Assembly: GCA_050179755.1 (NCBI GenBank)
Contig: JBFXEV010000001.1
Span: 1,353,994-1,417,993 of the forward strand
Direction of reading: 5' to 3'
Source of the DNA: Candidatus Babeliales bacterium
Lineage (GTDB): Bacteria > Babelota > Babeliae > Babelales > JBFXEV01
Length of the DNA stretch: 64,000 nt
The first letter of the stretch is position 1. Every line of letters begins with the position of its first letter. Below are positions 46,876 through 56,759 of this stretch, piece after piece. The notes beneath the pieces were generated by a model. It saw nothing but the letters and a program-made list of their open reading frames with translations, was not told where the DNA came from and made no database searches. A program made the translations under genes and the position numbers.

Positions 46876-48113
46876 TTTGCTACCGCAGGACCTGTAAATT
46901 CTACTTCTTTTAATTTCGGCACATAATCTTTGCCAAGTGGTACGGTTTCTTGAAAATAATGTCTTTCAGGCGGCGTAAAATTCCATAATTTGTTAAATAC
47001 GTTTCCGTGCGTATCGCGAGCCATAACTATATATCGTTCAAATTCACTTGATAGGTCACGATAAATCACAATTAATTTGCCTGCTTCTATGAGTGAATAG
47101 GCATAGCCGCTTTTTAAAGGAGGTGGTGGATATACTTTGTACACAATGTGACAACCAGTATCTTTAATATTCGTAGATACTCCAGCAGCAAGCAATAGTT
47201 TAACAATATCCTGCCGGTTGTTATGGCAAGCATAATGTAAAACAGTGCCTTCATAGCCATAGTTAGGATCAATAGCAAAAACGGTGCTACAGTAATGAGG
47301 ATTGTTTACAAATTCAATAATATGCTTGATCGCGTTATATGAATGTTCTTGATAAATCAGCAAGCCAACAATGCGGCATAAATCAGCAAGTGCTGCTCCT
47401 TTGGCCATAAAAAGATCAACAAGTTCTATCGAGGGAACTGCATATGCACAAAAAAGGTAAAAATCTTCAGGTGTTGCTTCTATATTGCATTCACCAAGCA
47501 AAAATACTAAGACTTCATTAGGCGCCCGAGCTGCAAGCGGTATTGATAAATTAAAATTGTCAGTGGTAGCTCCTGCCATAATCAATAACTCGCCGTTGGC
47601 GACACTGTTTTTAAATGTGGTTTTTACTTCATGGTCCATAGAATAATCTGCATACCCAAAACAATAAGCAAATGATGTTTTAATAGACTTTGGACCATTT
47701 GGATCTGCCCCATATTTGAGCAAGAGTTCCGTATATGCAGCAGGTTTATCATTGATACTCAGAACAGTGAGCGTAGTATGCTCATCACGATGAGTTGGAA
47801 AATACGCATCATTGGGATTTGCGCCTCTTTCAAGAAGCAGTTCGAGCACTTTGATATCAGTTGTATATTCACAAGCCCATAATAGTGGAGTTCTATCACT
47901 TTCATCCTTGCGAGCTCTTACATCAGCGCCATGATCAAGTAATAAACGGATAATCTCAATAGATGAATCTAGCTTGCAAGCATAAGAAAGCGGTGTACAA
48001 TGCGTGGCATAAAAATTAAGATCAATACCATTTTTGATAAGCTCACTTAAGCTTTGCTCATTGAGCTCTTTATCTTTAATTAATGTATAGAGGGTAATTA
48101 AAGGATTGATCAT
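46845..48113 (-). CDS. Divergent ankyrin repeat protein (opposite strand)
   Basis: TPLSYAC, RTPLLWAC, GTVLHYAC, LLLKYGADPN. Confidence 0.85.
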   Translation of the reverse strand: MINPLITLYTLIKDKELNEQSLSELIKNGIDLNFYATHCTPLSYACKLDSSIEIIRLLLDHGADVRARKDESDRTPLLWACEYTTDIKVLELLLERGANPNDAYFPTHRDEHTTLTVLSINDKPAAYTELLLKYGADPNGPKSIKTSFAYCFGYADYSMDHEVKTTFKNSVANGELLIMAGATTDNFNLSIPLAARAPNEVLVFLLGECNIEATPEDFYLFCAYAVPSIELVDLFMAKGAALADLCRIVGLLIYQEHSYNAIKHIIEFVNNPHYCSTVFAIDPNYGYEGTVLHYACHNNRQDIVKLLLAAGVSTNIKDTGCHIVYKVYPPPPLKSGYAYSLIEAGKLIVIYRDLSSEFERYIVMARDTHGNVFNKLWNFTPPERHYFQETVPLGKDYVPKLKEVEFTGPAVANYILKSSTIS

Positions 48114-48325
48114 GCAAAGGAACCTTGCAAATTTTCTATGCTATCTTTTACAAATAAAACTAGATCAATCTTATCAAAATAAGATTTTTATACAATCTGT
48201 AACGAAAGGCCAAGTACGAGCCTGCATGTTGCTTGAGCAAACAGTTAAATAAGATATAATAGTATAATATATCTAGTTTCTATAAAAAATTCATAATAGA
48301 AATTATATAACTAAACGGTACTCTT

Positions 48326-48739
48326 GTGAATATTAGCCACTATACTTCTTACTTTCATGATGGATCAATTATTGCGATTCAGCATAAAAATACTGAACTT
48401 TTAATTTCAATGGAGAGTGCTGAACTATCACGTGATGATCTGACTGAAGATATCACCCTTTCAGAGCATAGCTCGCTAAAAGGTATTTTACATCTTAAGA
48501 GAATAAAGAGTATATACGTTGACGAGCAGGCTTTTATAGGAAAATTGGTTACGCATGCTACAAAAAGCAGCCGCATATTAGATTTTTCTATTAAAGGCAC
48601 AAAAGTGCATTTTTTTATCGAGTGGAGCACAATACCAGTAAATCCATTACTTGATGAGTTCAATGATATTGTTGTTGAAGCAGACGAGATTTATTGGGAA
48701 AACAAACCTGATCTGTATGACCATTTTGGTAAAGGATAA
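48326..48739 (+). CDS. Immunity-like protein (FHD motif, Imm50-like)
   Basis: 137 aa, acidic; N-terminal YFHDGSIIAI. Confidence 0.55.
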   Translation: MNISHYTSYFHDGSIIAIQHKNTELLISMESAELSRDDLTEDITLSEHSSLKGILHLKRIKSIYVDEQAFIGKLVTHATKSSRILDFSIKGTKVHFFIEWSTIPVNPLLDEFNDIVVEADEIYWENKPDLYDHFGKG

Positions 48740-48747
48740 CCTCAACC

Positions 48748-49161
48748 ATGGTATTGAGTGCGCAAGAGCAACTTACTGTAACTAACCTCATTCCTGTTAT
48801 GAAAAAATTATTCCCGGAATTAGAACCACGATTTGCTGAGCGTCAACAGGATCTTGAGGGTGTATCTGCTGGTCTTCATTTTATATATGTATTTTGTCCG
48901 TTTTTAAGAACATTTCTGGATTCAGAGCAACCACACCCAAATCTACTTGGCAAGCGATTATTTGCATATCTTGAAAGTATGTCACAAAGTTCTGATATTA
49001 GAGTGTCAGAAATACTTGCATATCACATTTTAGAAAGTCTCAGTCACAAGCAGTTGGAAATTGCCAAAATATACATGGGCTCCAAGACTAAAGAAATACT
49101 CAAGGAAGTGGAAGAGTTTTGGGAAAAAGTAGGAAAATGGCAAACCACAAGGAAATGTTAA
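48748..49161 (+). CDS. Immunity-like helical protein (DUF7674-like), paralog of 41485-41919
   Basis: HPNLLGKRLFAYLESM...QLEIAKIYMGSKTKEILK. Confidence 0.65.
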   Translation: MVLSAQEQLTVTNLIPVMKKLFPELEPRFAERQQDLEGVSAGLHFIYVFCPFLRTFLDSEQPHPNLLGKRLFAYLESMSQSSDIRVSEILAYHILESLSHKQLEIAKIYMGSKTKEILKEVEEFWEKVGKWQTTRKC

Positions 49162-50159
49162 TGGAACACACAAAAAAGCACGTATGGTTTAATGCCATAC
49201 TTGAAAATAACTTGCCAGAAGTAGAAATGCTTATTGAGCAAGGAATTGACGTAAATACGCAAAATAGCGATGGTCAAACTGCATTGCACTTGGCAGCTCA
49301 ACAGGCTCATGATGAATTAGTGTATGTGCTCATAATTTCTAAAATGAATGTGCATATAAAAGACAATCGTGGTAATAATGCACTGCATGTGGCAGCGCTG
49401 AATGGGCACCAAGTAATAATGCAATCTCTTATTGATTATGGTGTAGATGCTGAGTTGGTCAAACATATGGATATTGCGCTTGATCTTCTTGCACTCAATA
49501 ACAACGGCAAAACAGCGCGCATGCTTGCTTTAGAGCATGGTCACACCGAGATTGCCCAAATTTTACAGCAAGAAGAATGGGGCACTGCAATTGCAAAAAA
49601 TGATATTGAACAAGTAAAAATGCTACTTCAAGAAGTAATCAGTGAGGACATGAAAGATTTTGGTTTACGTGTGGCAGTAAGATGGAAACATATTGAAATT
49701 ATCAAACTGTTTCTTGTGAGTGGTTTTGATACAAATATAAAAAACCATTTTGGGGAAACTGCTTTTTATGAAGTGATAACTAGTGGGAATACAACTCTCA
49801 TTGAATTATTTCTTAATCATGGCGCAGATGTGCATGTTAAGACTACGCAAGGTGAAACTGTCTTGCATTGCGCAGTCAGATGCGGGCATAAGGAAATTGC
49901 AGAGCTTTTAATCGAGCACGGCGTTGATATGCACATACCAACGCGAAGGGAAGAAACGTTACTACATATTGCTTGTAAATATGGGCACATTGGTATTGTT
50001 GAATGGCTACTGCACTGCAATATAAATGTGAATGCCCGCAACAGATCCAATGAAACTGCTTTAGATTGCGTTTTAGACCGTTTTTCTAATGAAGAACATT
50101 TTGATAAGATAGCAGATCTTTTGAGAGCCCATGGCGCGCAGGAACAAAAAGGTCTTTAA
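49161..50159 (+). CDS. Ankyrin repeat protein
   Basis: ANK repeats; start MEHTKK overlaps upstream stop (TAATG). Confidence 0.9.
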   Translation: MEHTKKHVWFNAILENNLPEVEMLIEQGIDVNTQNSDGQTALHLAAQQAHDELVYVLIISKMNVHIKDNRGNNALHVAALNGHQVIMQSLIDYGVDAELVKHMDIALDLLALNNNGKTARMLALEHGHTEIAQILQQEEWGTAIAKNDIEQVKMLLQEVISEDMKDFGLRVAVRWKHIEIIKLFLVSGFDTNIKNHFGETAFYEVITSGNTTLIELFLNHGADVHVKTTQGETVLHCAVRCGHKEIAELLIEHGVDMHIPTRREETLLHIACKYGHIGIVEWLLHCNINVNARNRSNETALDCVLDRFSNEEHFDKIADLLRAHGAQEQKGL

Positions 50160-51325
50160 TGCAAGATTTATACACAGAATTGTTTGATGCATTAGAAGAC
50201 AATAATCTTATTGTTATCAATGAATTACTCTTGCAAGGAGTTGATGCCAATGCTAAAACCAACCATGGTAGTGCCTTGCACATGGCCGCACGCTGGGGTT
50301 CTCAAGAAACTATAAAATTGCTCTTAGAGTATGGTGCTAATGTGCATGCGCAAGACTTTATGCAACGCACCGCTTTGCATTGGGCGGCATGCAAGGGAAC
50401 AATAGAAATAATTAAATTACTTCTTGCAGCAGGTGCTGATATTCATGCCCAAGACTATGAGGGCAAAACTGCCTTGCACATGGTAACTAATAAAAATTCT
50501 CTTGATCTATTACTCTCTTATGGAGCTGATATTAAAGCACAAGATGACTATGGCAACACTCCTTTGCACGCAATAGCTTCTGGTGAAAATGCGGAACGAA
50601 CAGATGCTCCTAATCTTGTAAAAGTAGTGGCAACATTGCTTGAGCGAGGTGCCGATCCTCATGCAGTAAACAATGCTTATTCAACTCCTTTGTTCGATGC
50701 TATAAGCAGTGCTGATTCAGAAAATTGGATCAACCCTCAAGAAGATGATCCAAACATTGCCATTATCAAATTATTGCTCGCTGCCAATGCAAATGTAAAT
50801 GTACAAGAAAAGCACAATGGTTGGGCCCCATTACATTTTATAGCCTATCGCAATCATGCACGAATGATACCGTTACTGCTTGCGCACGGTGCAGATATTA
50901 ATATTAAAAATAATACAGGTGAGACTCCATTGCATATGGCAGTGGCGCAAAGTAATTTAAAAATAGTCAAACTGCTCTTAGAAGCTGGAGCTCAGGTGAA
51001 TGTAAAAGATTGCAACCTGATAACACCACTTCACATTGCAGTTAGTTTTGATTCCTTTGAAAGGTCAAAAGAAGAAGTTCGATGGACTGCGTCAAAAAAT
51101 GAACGTCAATATACTTTACATCCGCTTCCCTATGAACATGAGAATTATAAATCTTGTTTTGAAATGCATTATGGGCTCAAAGAAGTAGTTACATTATTAT
51201 TAGAATACGGCGCCGATCGCGCAGCACAAAATAAAGATGGCAAAACGCCACATATGATCGCGCTTGAAAAAGGGCATAGTGAAATTGCTCAGATGCTTGA
51301 AGAATATGAGAAAAAGCTTCAATAG
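50159..51325 (+). CDS. Ankyrin repeat protein
   Basis: ANK repeats with loop insertions; TAATG coupling. Confidence 0.92.
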   Translation: MQDLYTELFDALEDNNLIVINELLLQGVDANAKTNHGSALHMAARWGSQETIKLLLEYGANVHAQDFMQRTALHWAACKGTIEIIKLLLAAGADIHAQDYEGKTALHMVTNKNSLDLLLSYGADIKAQDDYGNTPLHAIASGENAERTDAPNLVKVVATLLERGADPHAVNNAYSTPLFDAISSADSENWINPQEDDPNIAIIKLLLAANANVNVQEKHNGWAPLHFIAYRNHARMIPLLLAHGADINIKNNTGETPLHMAVAQSNLKIVKLLLEAGAQVNVKDCNLITPLHIAVSFDSFERSKEEVRWTASKNERQYTLHPLPYEHENYKSCFEMHYGLKEVVTLLLEYGADRAAQNKDGKTPHMIALEKGHSEIAQMLEEYEKKLQ

Positions 51326-51346
51326 CAAGCGATAGTGCTTTTTAAT

Positions 51347-52684
51347 ATGCAAAAAAATAACGATGAAAAGTTGATAGATGCAATTCATGCAAATGATGTC
51401 GCTGCAGTAAAAAAAATCATTGATCAAGGCTTTGCTGTAGACACAGTCTATCTTTATAACGAGACAGCTTTACACATAGCAGCATATTGGGGTTATACAG
51501 AGATCGTTGAATTATTACTGAAGCATAAAGCTGATCCAAATATACAAGCGAGTATCGATAATTGTGGTATTGTGCCTTTGCATTATGCAGTATGTAGAGG
51601 TTTTACCAAAATAGTAGCGTTATTACTAGCACATGGTGCTAACGTGCATATTCAAAACAGAAATGAAAATACGGCACTTCACTATGCTTGTGACCATGGT
51701 TATCTAGAAATTGTTCAATTATTAGTAACGCATGGCGCACATATAAATGCAAAAGGTTTGCATGGACAAACTCCTTTGCATGAAGCTTTGCCTAAACATA
51801 CAGAAATCGTTCAATTATTACTGGATAATAAAGCCGATGTTCAAAGAAAAGATGACTTTGGTCGAATTGCGTTGCATTGTGCAAGATGGATAGAAAATAA
51901 AGGAATACTTCAGCAGCTTATAGATCGTGGCGCTGATATTCATGCTCAAGATGATTATGGAAAGAATGTGCTTCATTATGCTGCTGCAGGCCACAGTCAG
52001 GAAATGATATTATTTTTAATATCCTTAGGTGCCAATATTCATGCAACAACTAAGGACGGCTCTACCCCTTTACATACGGCAACGAATGATGTTGGAATAT
52101 GCAAAATATTACTTGAGCATGGTGCAGATGTGCATGCGCAAGATGAATCTCAAGAAACGCCATTGTTTAAGGCAACATGTTTTTATCCCAACAATGAAGT
52201 TATTGAATTATTGCTTCAAAATGGTGCCTGCACAAATATCAAAAATGCTGAAGGAATAACGCTTCTAGATAAAGCATTTTCTCTTTACTATGAATCGCTT
52301 ATAGAACTAGAAGAAGACCTTGAATCAGATCTTCTCAGAATGATTGAATTATTGCTCATATATGGTGCTGATCCAAATGTGCAAAATAGCTATGGTAATA
52401 CAATTTTGCATCGAGCGTCTATGAATTTTGCAGGTGAAAAGATAGTACAATTATTATTACAGCATCACGCAAATCCAAACATACTAAATAATGACACTAA
52501 TACAGCGCTTCATTTGGCATCAGCAAACGGAAATAAAGAAGCGGTTGCAATGCTTATTGCATATGGGGCTGATAATAAAATAATGGATGCAGAAGGTAAA
52601 ACGGCTTGTATGTTAGCATTGCAGCAAGAGCACATAGAAATTGTTCAAATGCTAGAAGAGTACGAAAAACGTACGTTGGCATAA
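51347..52684 (+). CDS. Ankyrin repeat protein
   Basis: About 12 ANK repeats; alternative GTG start at 51335. Confidence 0.92.
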   Translation: MQKNNDEKLIDAIHANDVAAVKKIIDQGFAVDTVYLYNETALHIAAYWGYTEIVELLLKHKADPNIQASIDNCGIVPLHYAVCRGFTKIVALLLAHGANVHIQNRNENTALHYACDHGYLEIVQLLVTHGAHINAKGLHGQTPLHEALPKHTEIVQLLLDNKADVQRKDDFGRIALHCARWIENKGILQQLIDRGADIHAQDDYGKNVLHYAAAGHSQEMILFLISLGANIHATTKDGSTPLHTATNDVGICKILLEHGADVHAQDESQETPLFKATCFYPNNEVIELLLQNGACTNIKNAEGITLLDKAFSLYYESLIELEEDLESDLLRMIELLLIYGADPNVQNSYGNTILHRASMNFAGEKIVQLLLQHHANPNILNNDTNTALHLASANGNKEAVAMLIAYGADNKIMDAEGKTACMLALQQEHIEIVQMLEEYEKRTLA

Positions 52685-52738
52685 TGCATGCGATGTAAGA
52701 ATAGAATTAAAGAATACATTTAACTGAAAGACTTTTTT

Positions 52739-54241
52739 ATGCAACTAAACCCTACACCAGAATGGCTTACTGCCATACGAGATAATGACATAACAAAAGT
52801 AAACATGCTCCTAGATCAAGACTTTGATGTTCACATACAAGATTCTTGTGAATTAAAGACGGCTCTGCACTATGCTGCAGAATATGGCTGTCTAGAAATA
52901 GTTCAATTGTTATTAGAAGCAGGTGCTGATGTACATGCAAATGATACATATAATTTTACACCATTAGATTATGCAATGGCAGTAGAAGATATTCAAATAG
53001 CCGAGCTGCTTATTGATCATGGTGCAGATGCGCAGATAAAAAAGCAGTATGATTGGTTTAATGCCATAAAAAATAATGACATTCAACAAGTAAAAACATT
53101 CCTTTTACAGGGTATTAATGTAAATAGCCAACATCCTTTTAATGGTGCGGCTGCCATACATTATGCTGCAGTAAATGGTAATCAAGCACTTATGGGATTA
53201 TTGATAGAAAATGGAGCAGATTTGCATGCAAAAACTGATGAGGATAAAACAGCGTTAGAAATAGCTGCGCGCGAAGGTTTTGATGGGATTGTAGCATTAT
53301 TACTAGAAAATGGCGTGGATGTAACTACAAGAACAGAAGATGGTTCTACTCTATTACACATTGCTTCAAGTTATAGTCAAGAAAAAATAGTGCAACTAGC
53401 AATAGAGTATGGTGCAGACGTAAATATACATGATGCATATGGTAATACGCCATTACATTTTGCTGCATTAAAAAATATTGTAAAAATATTAATAGCAAAT
53501 GGTGCTGAAGTGAATGCAAGAAGGCTAGATGGCAAGACTGCACTATTTAATCCAGCAGAACATGACCTTATAGAGATAGTTGAACTATTGTTGGCGAATG
53601 GTGCTGTAGTAGATGCAAAAGACCAAGAGGGATGGACGGCCTTACATTATGCTGCATTAAACGGCTATAGGGATGTTGTTGCTCTATTACTTGAGCGCGA
53701 TGTGGCTATAAATGCACAAAATAACGATGGCGTTACTGCCTTACATATGGCATCTCGAGCAGGCTATGACCAAATAGTTAAACTATTACTTTCCAGCAAA
53801 GCCGACGCCAATATACAAGATAGTTATCAACGCACGGCCTTACATTATGCAGTTGAGAGTGGCAATACAATAACAGTTAATGTATTACTCCTTTGTGGTG
53901 CTGATATGCAGGTTGAAGATAGTGATGGCATGACTCCTTATATGATTGCCCAAGAAGAAGATATTCAAGAAGTAATAAGTGAGCTTGAATTTTGGTATAA
54001 ACAAAAGAACAATATACCAACTACTCTAAAAAGAACCTTTGAGTACGTTGATAGCACTTCTAACAAGTTTTGGAACATAGAAGTAACAGGAAGCACTATG
54101 AGTGTTACGTTTGGCAAAAGCGGAACTACTGGCGTTACTAAAACAAAAGAATTTAAAGATAAAGCGGAAGCTTACAAAGCTGCTGAAAAATTGATTAAAG
54201 AAAAAATTAATAAGGGCTATGAAGAGGTATTCGAATTTTGA
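52739..54241 (+). CDS. Ankyrin repeat protein with C-terminal WGR domain
   Basis: ANK repeats then RTFEYVDSTSNKFWNIEV...FGKSGTTG...KLIKEKINKGY. Confidence 0.9.
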   Translation: MQLNPTPEWLTAIRDNDITKVNMLLDQDFDVHIQDSCELKTALHYAAEYGCLEIVQLLLEAGADVHANDTYNFTPLDYAMAVEDIQIAELLIDHGADAQIKKQYDWFNAIKNNDIQQVKTFLLQGINVNSQHPFNGAAAIHYAAVNGNQALMGLLIENGADLHAKTDEDKTALEIAAREGFDGIVALLLENGVDVTTRTEDGSTLLHIASSYSQEKIVQLAIEYGADVNIHDAYGNTPLHFAALKNIVKILIANGAEVNARRLDGKTALFNPAEHDLIEIVELLLANGAVVDAKDQEGWTALHYAALNGYRDVVALLLERDVAINAQNNDGVTALHMASRAGYDQIVKLLLSSKADANIQDSYQRTALHYAVESGNTITVNVLLLCGADMQVEDSDGMTPYMIAQEEDIQEVISELEFWYKQKNNIPTTLKRTFEYVDSTSNKFWNIEVTGSTMSVTFGKSGTTGVTKTKEFKDKAEAYKAAEKLIKEKINKGYEEVFEF

Positions 54242-54273
54242 TCACATGGACTCATAATGAATGATATACGCCC

Positions 54274-54396
54274 ATGAAAAGATATTTTATATATAAAGAC
54301 AATAACTCTGATAAGTTTTGGGTCATAGATATTATTGAGAATAAAACCCAAGTTGCTTATGGTAAAACGGGTACTCCTGGCGTGAGATGCACTTAA
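54274..54396 (+). pseudogene. Truncated WGR-domain gene
   Basis: Manual translation MKRYFIYKDNNSDKFWVIDIIENKTQVAYGKTGTPGVRCT*, which is the first half of a WGR domain. Confidence 0.7.
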
Positions 54397-54495
54397 CAGG
54401 AGCAATTTTTAATTTCTAAGCTATAATTAGATACTAGCATTTGTGTTATTGTTCAAATATTTTTAAATCATTTTTTTCTCATTAAGGTTTTTTAT

Positions 54496-55977
54496 ATGTC
54501 TTCCTATAAATATTTACTGTGTATTCTTTTGGCAAGTCAATCAGCTCTTTGTATGAAGCCGGCAAAAAAGGGTTTATTTGGTAATTCAACAATGGGTAAG
54601 GTAGAGAGTGAAGAAACGGTCAAAGAGTTGCTAAAATTACAAGAAAAAACACAAGCGCAAGCAAAACAGGTTGAAGATCTTGAGAAAAAAGTATCTGATG
54701 ATCACGTAAGTTTGCAAGAATTACAGCAAAGATGTACGCAACTTACTGATTCAGAACAACAATTAAGGCAAGAGCATGATGCGCTTAATTTGGCGCACCA
54801 TAGTTTGGCCGGTTCGGAGCAACAATTAAGGCAAGATCACAATGCGCTTGCCATTTTACACCAGAATCTGGGTAATAGGACGGCGCAAATGGTACAACGG
54901 GTGAAAGAACTCGAGCAGCAAGAAAATGCTTTTAAGTACCCTTCTGTGTGTAAGGCTGTCAAACATGGCCATCTTCCTTCACTTATGATACTACATCAAA
55001 ATGGAAAATCATTAGAAAAAGAAGGGAAAAAAAAATATAGACCGTTACAATTGGCAGCATTAATGGGACGCACCGTTGTTGTACGTTTTCTTCTTGATAA
55101 TGGTGCCAACGTGCATGAGCAAGGATCACGGGGAAAAACAGCAGTTTACTTGAGTACACGCTTTGATCATCCTGCAGCAAGAGAAACAACTCAACTGTTA
55201 CTTGATCGTGGTGCTCTATTAAATCAGGAAAATGTAAAAGGAAGATACTCTACAGCATTTTCACGGTTTCTTGCAAAAGGTAAGATTAGTGGTCATGGCA
55301 ATATGGTAACTAATAACTCATCTGTGGTTACTGCAGTGAGAGGATTATCAAAAGTACCTTGGAACCTCAAAACCAATTGTCCATTTTATAAACCGAACCA
55401 AGCAATGGTTGACCAATTGATTTTAAAAGAACCGGGAATTACTGCTTGCACTCAAGTGATTAATGAAGCATTGGCGTCAAAAGATCCTGTTTGGTTAGGA
55501 ACACTCATCGCTCGAGGTTTTGCGGTTGATGCTCCTACTGTTGTTAATAACGTACTCAATTGGGGCTGGAGCTGCCGTACCATGCTTGCTCCATTTGCGC
55601 AGAATAAGGCAGTGGTAGATTATTACAATGCGTGCGTGATTGACGCGGTTCAACGTCGTAATTTTAAAAAGCTTATAGCTCTTATTGGCGAAGGAACTCC
55701 GTTTGATCCGCAAATTTTTAATACAATTTTTTACGGAAAGAATGATGCTACTAATGTAACCTGTTATGCAGATCAATCGCTATTTGGGTTGTTATTTGAC
55801 ATTTTAGGTCTTCAATGTGACTTTTTAGCACAACAAAAAGCAGAATGGGCAAACCCACAATATCGATTTTTGAATTCTCAAGGAAGCACATTACAAGAAT
55901 ATCTTACAGAGCAGGGTTGTTCGCAAAGTACCTTAGATCGTTATAAAAAGTACGAGAAAACCTATAAACCTTATTAG
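54496..55977 (+). CDS. Secreted coiled-coil plus ankyrin protein (candidate effector)
   Basis: Signal peptide ALC-M, coiled coil with a 21-aa tandem repeat, ANK repeats (RPLQLAA...FLLDNGANV), unknown C-terminal domain. Confidence 0.8.
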   Translation: MSSYKYLLCILLASQSALCMKPAKKGLFGNSTMGKVESEETVKELLKLQEKTQAQAKQVEDLEKKVSDDHVSLQELQQRCTQLTDSEQQLRQEHDALNLAHHSLAGSEQQLRQDHNALAILHQNLGNRTAQMVQRVKELEQQENAFKYPSVCKAVKHGHLPSLMILHQNGKSLEKEGKKKYRPLQLAALMGRTVVVRFLLDNGANVHEQGSRGKTAVYLSTRFDHPAARETTQLLLDRGALLNQENVKGRYSTAFSRFLAKGKISGHGNMVTNNSSVVTAVRGLSKVPWNLKTNCPFYKPNQAMVDQLILKEPGITACTQVINEALASKDPVWLGTLIARGFAVDAPTVVNNVLNWGWSCRTMLAPFAQNKAVVDYYNACVIDAVQRRNFKKLIALIGEGTPFDPQIFNTIFYGKNDATNVTCYADQSLFGLLFDILGLQCDFLAQQKAEWANPQYRFLNSQGSTLQEYLTEQGCSQSTLDRYKKYEKTYKPY

Positions 55978-55987
55978 CATTGCCTGG

Positions 55988-56014
55988 TGAGCTGTTTATC
56001 AATAAGCAGCTCAG
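55988..56014. terminator. Hairpin between convergent genes
   Basis: TGAGCTGTTTAT-ca-ATAAGCAGCTCA. Confidence 0.55.
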
Positions 56015-56019
56015 CAATA

Positions 56020-56244
56020 TTAATCATCCGTAGTGGCAAGCCACACATCAAATTCAAGAAGAAACCATCGCCATTCGTCTGGAGCACTAAAACGATCTAA
56101 ATAGTCTTTTTTTTCTTGGTCATTTAATTGCTGCCAAAAGGGATGCCATACGTAGCCATAATAAGCATCGCCTGCATCGCGCCAAAAAAAATCGCCTGGT
56201 GGATATCCTGGGTAAACAAGCCAGGGAGGTTTAATTTCTTGCAT
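56020..56244 (-). CDS. Small Trp/Pro-rich protein (PPW..YP...WR), duplicate of 57914-58144
   Basis: 74 aa, near-identical to the 57914-58144 product. Confidence 0.7.
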   Translation of the reverse strand: MQEIKPPWLVYPGYPPGDFFWRDAGDAYYGYVWHPFWQQLNDQEKKDYLDRFSAPDEWRWFLLEFDVWLATTDD

Positions 56245-56277
56245 ATCTTTTTTTTCATGTATTTATATTTTTGCATT

Positions 56278-56451
56278 GCCCGCAATAAAGCGGCACACAA
56301 AGCCTTCGCTTGGTAACTTCTTCAGACGTTTCTATGTATAATACCAATGTTCTTAAACTCTTCAAGAGCAGAAGATACTGTGGATTATTTTTACAGCAAG
56401 CTGAGGGTCTAAAACTTCCAAACAACCTCCTGACAATTTGCCAGATATGCT
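56278..56451 (-). pseudogene. Frameshifted internal fragment of the S66 peptidase gene
   Basis: Near-identical to 57034-57203 with indels. Confidence 0.8.
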
Positions 56452-56759
56452 GAGAAGAAAAAAATCGCTTGTATGTTAGCATAGCAGCAATGACATTTAG
56501 AAATTGTTAAATTACTTAAAAAATTTGATAAAAAATAATATTACAAAGCAGGATTAAAGAACATAATAATTTTATGCAAAACTCCGTCGTTGCAATGTGA
56601 TAAGTTCCTCGAGTAGAGCAAACTAAAAGCACTTATCCATTCAAGTGCTGCGAGTACCATAAAAAACAATGCCAAAACTAAACAAAGATACTTAGCAAAA
56701 AAACCGATCAACCAATTAAAGTTATTAGGCGCTAAAATAAGCTGCAGCTCAATGATTAG

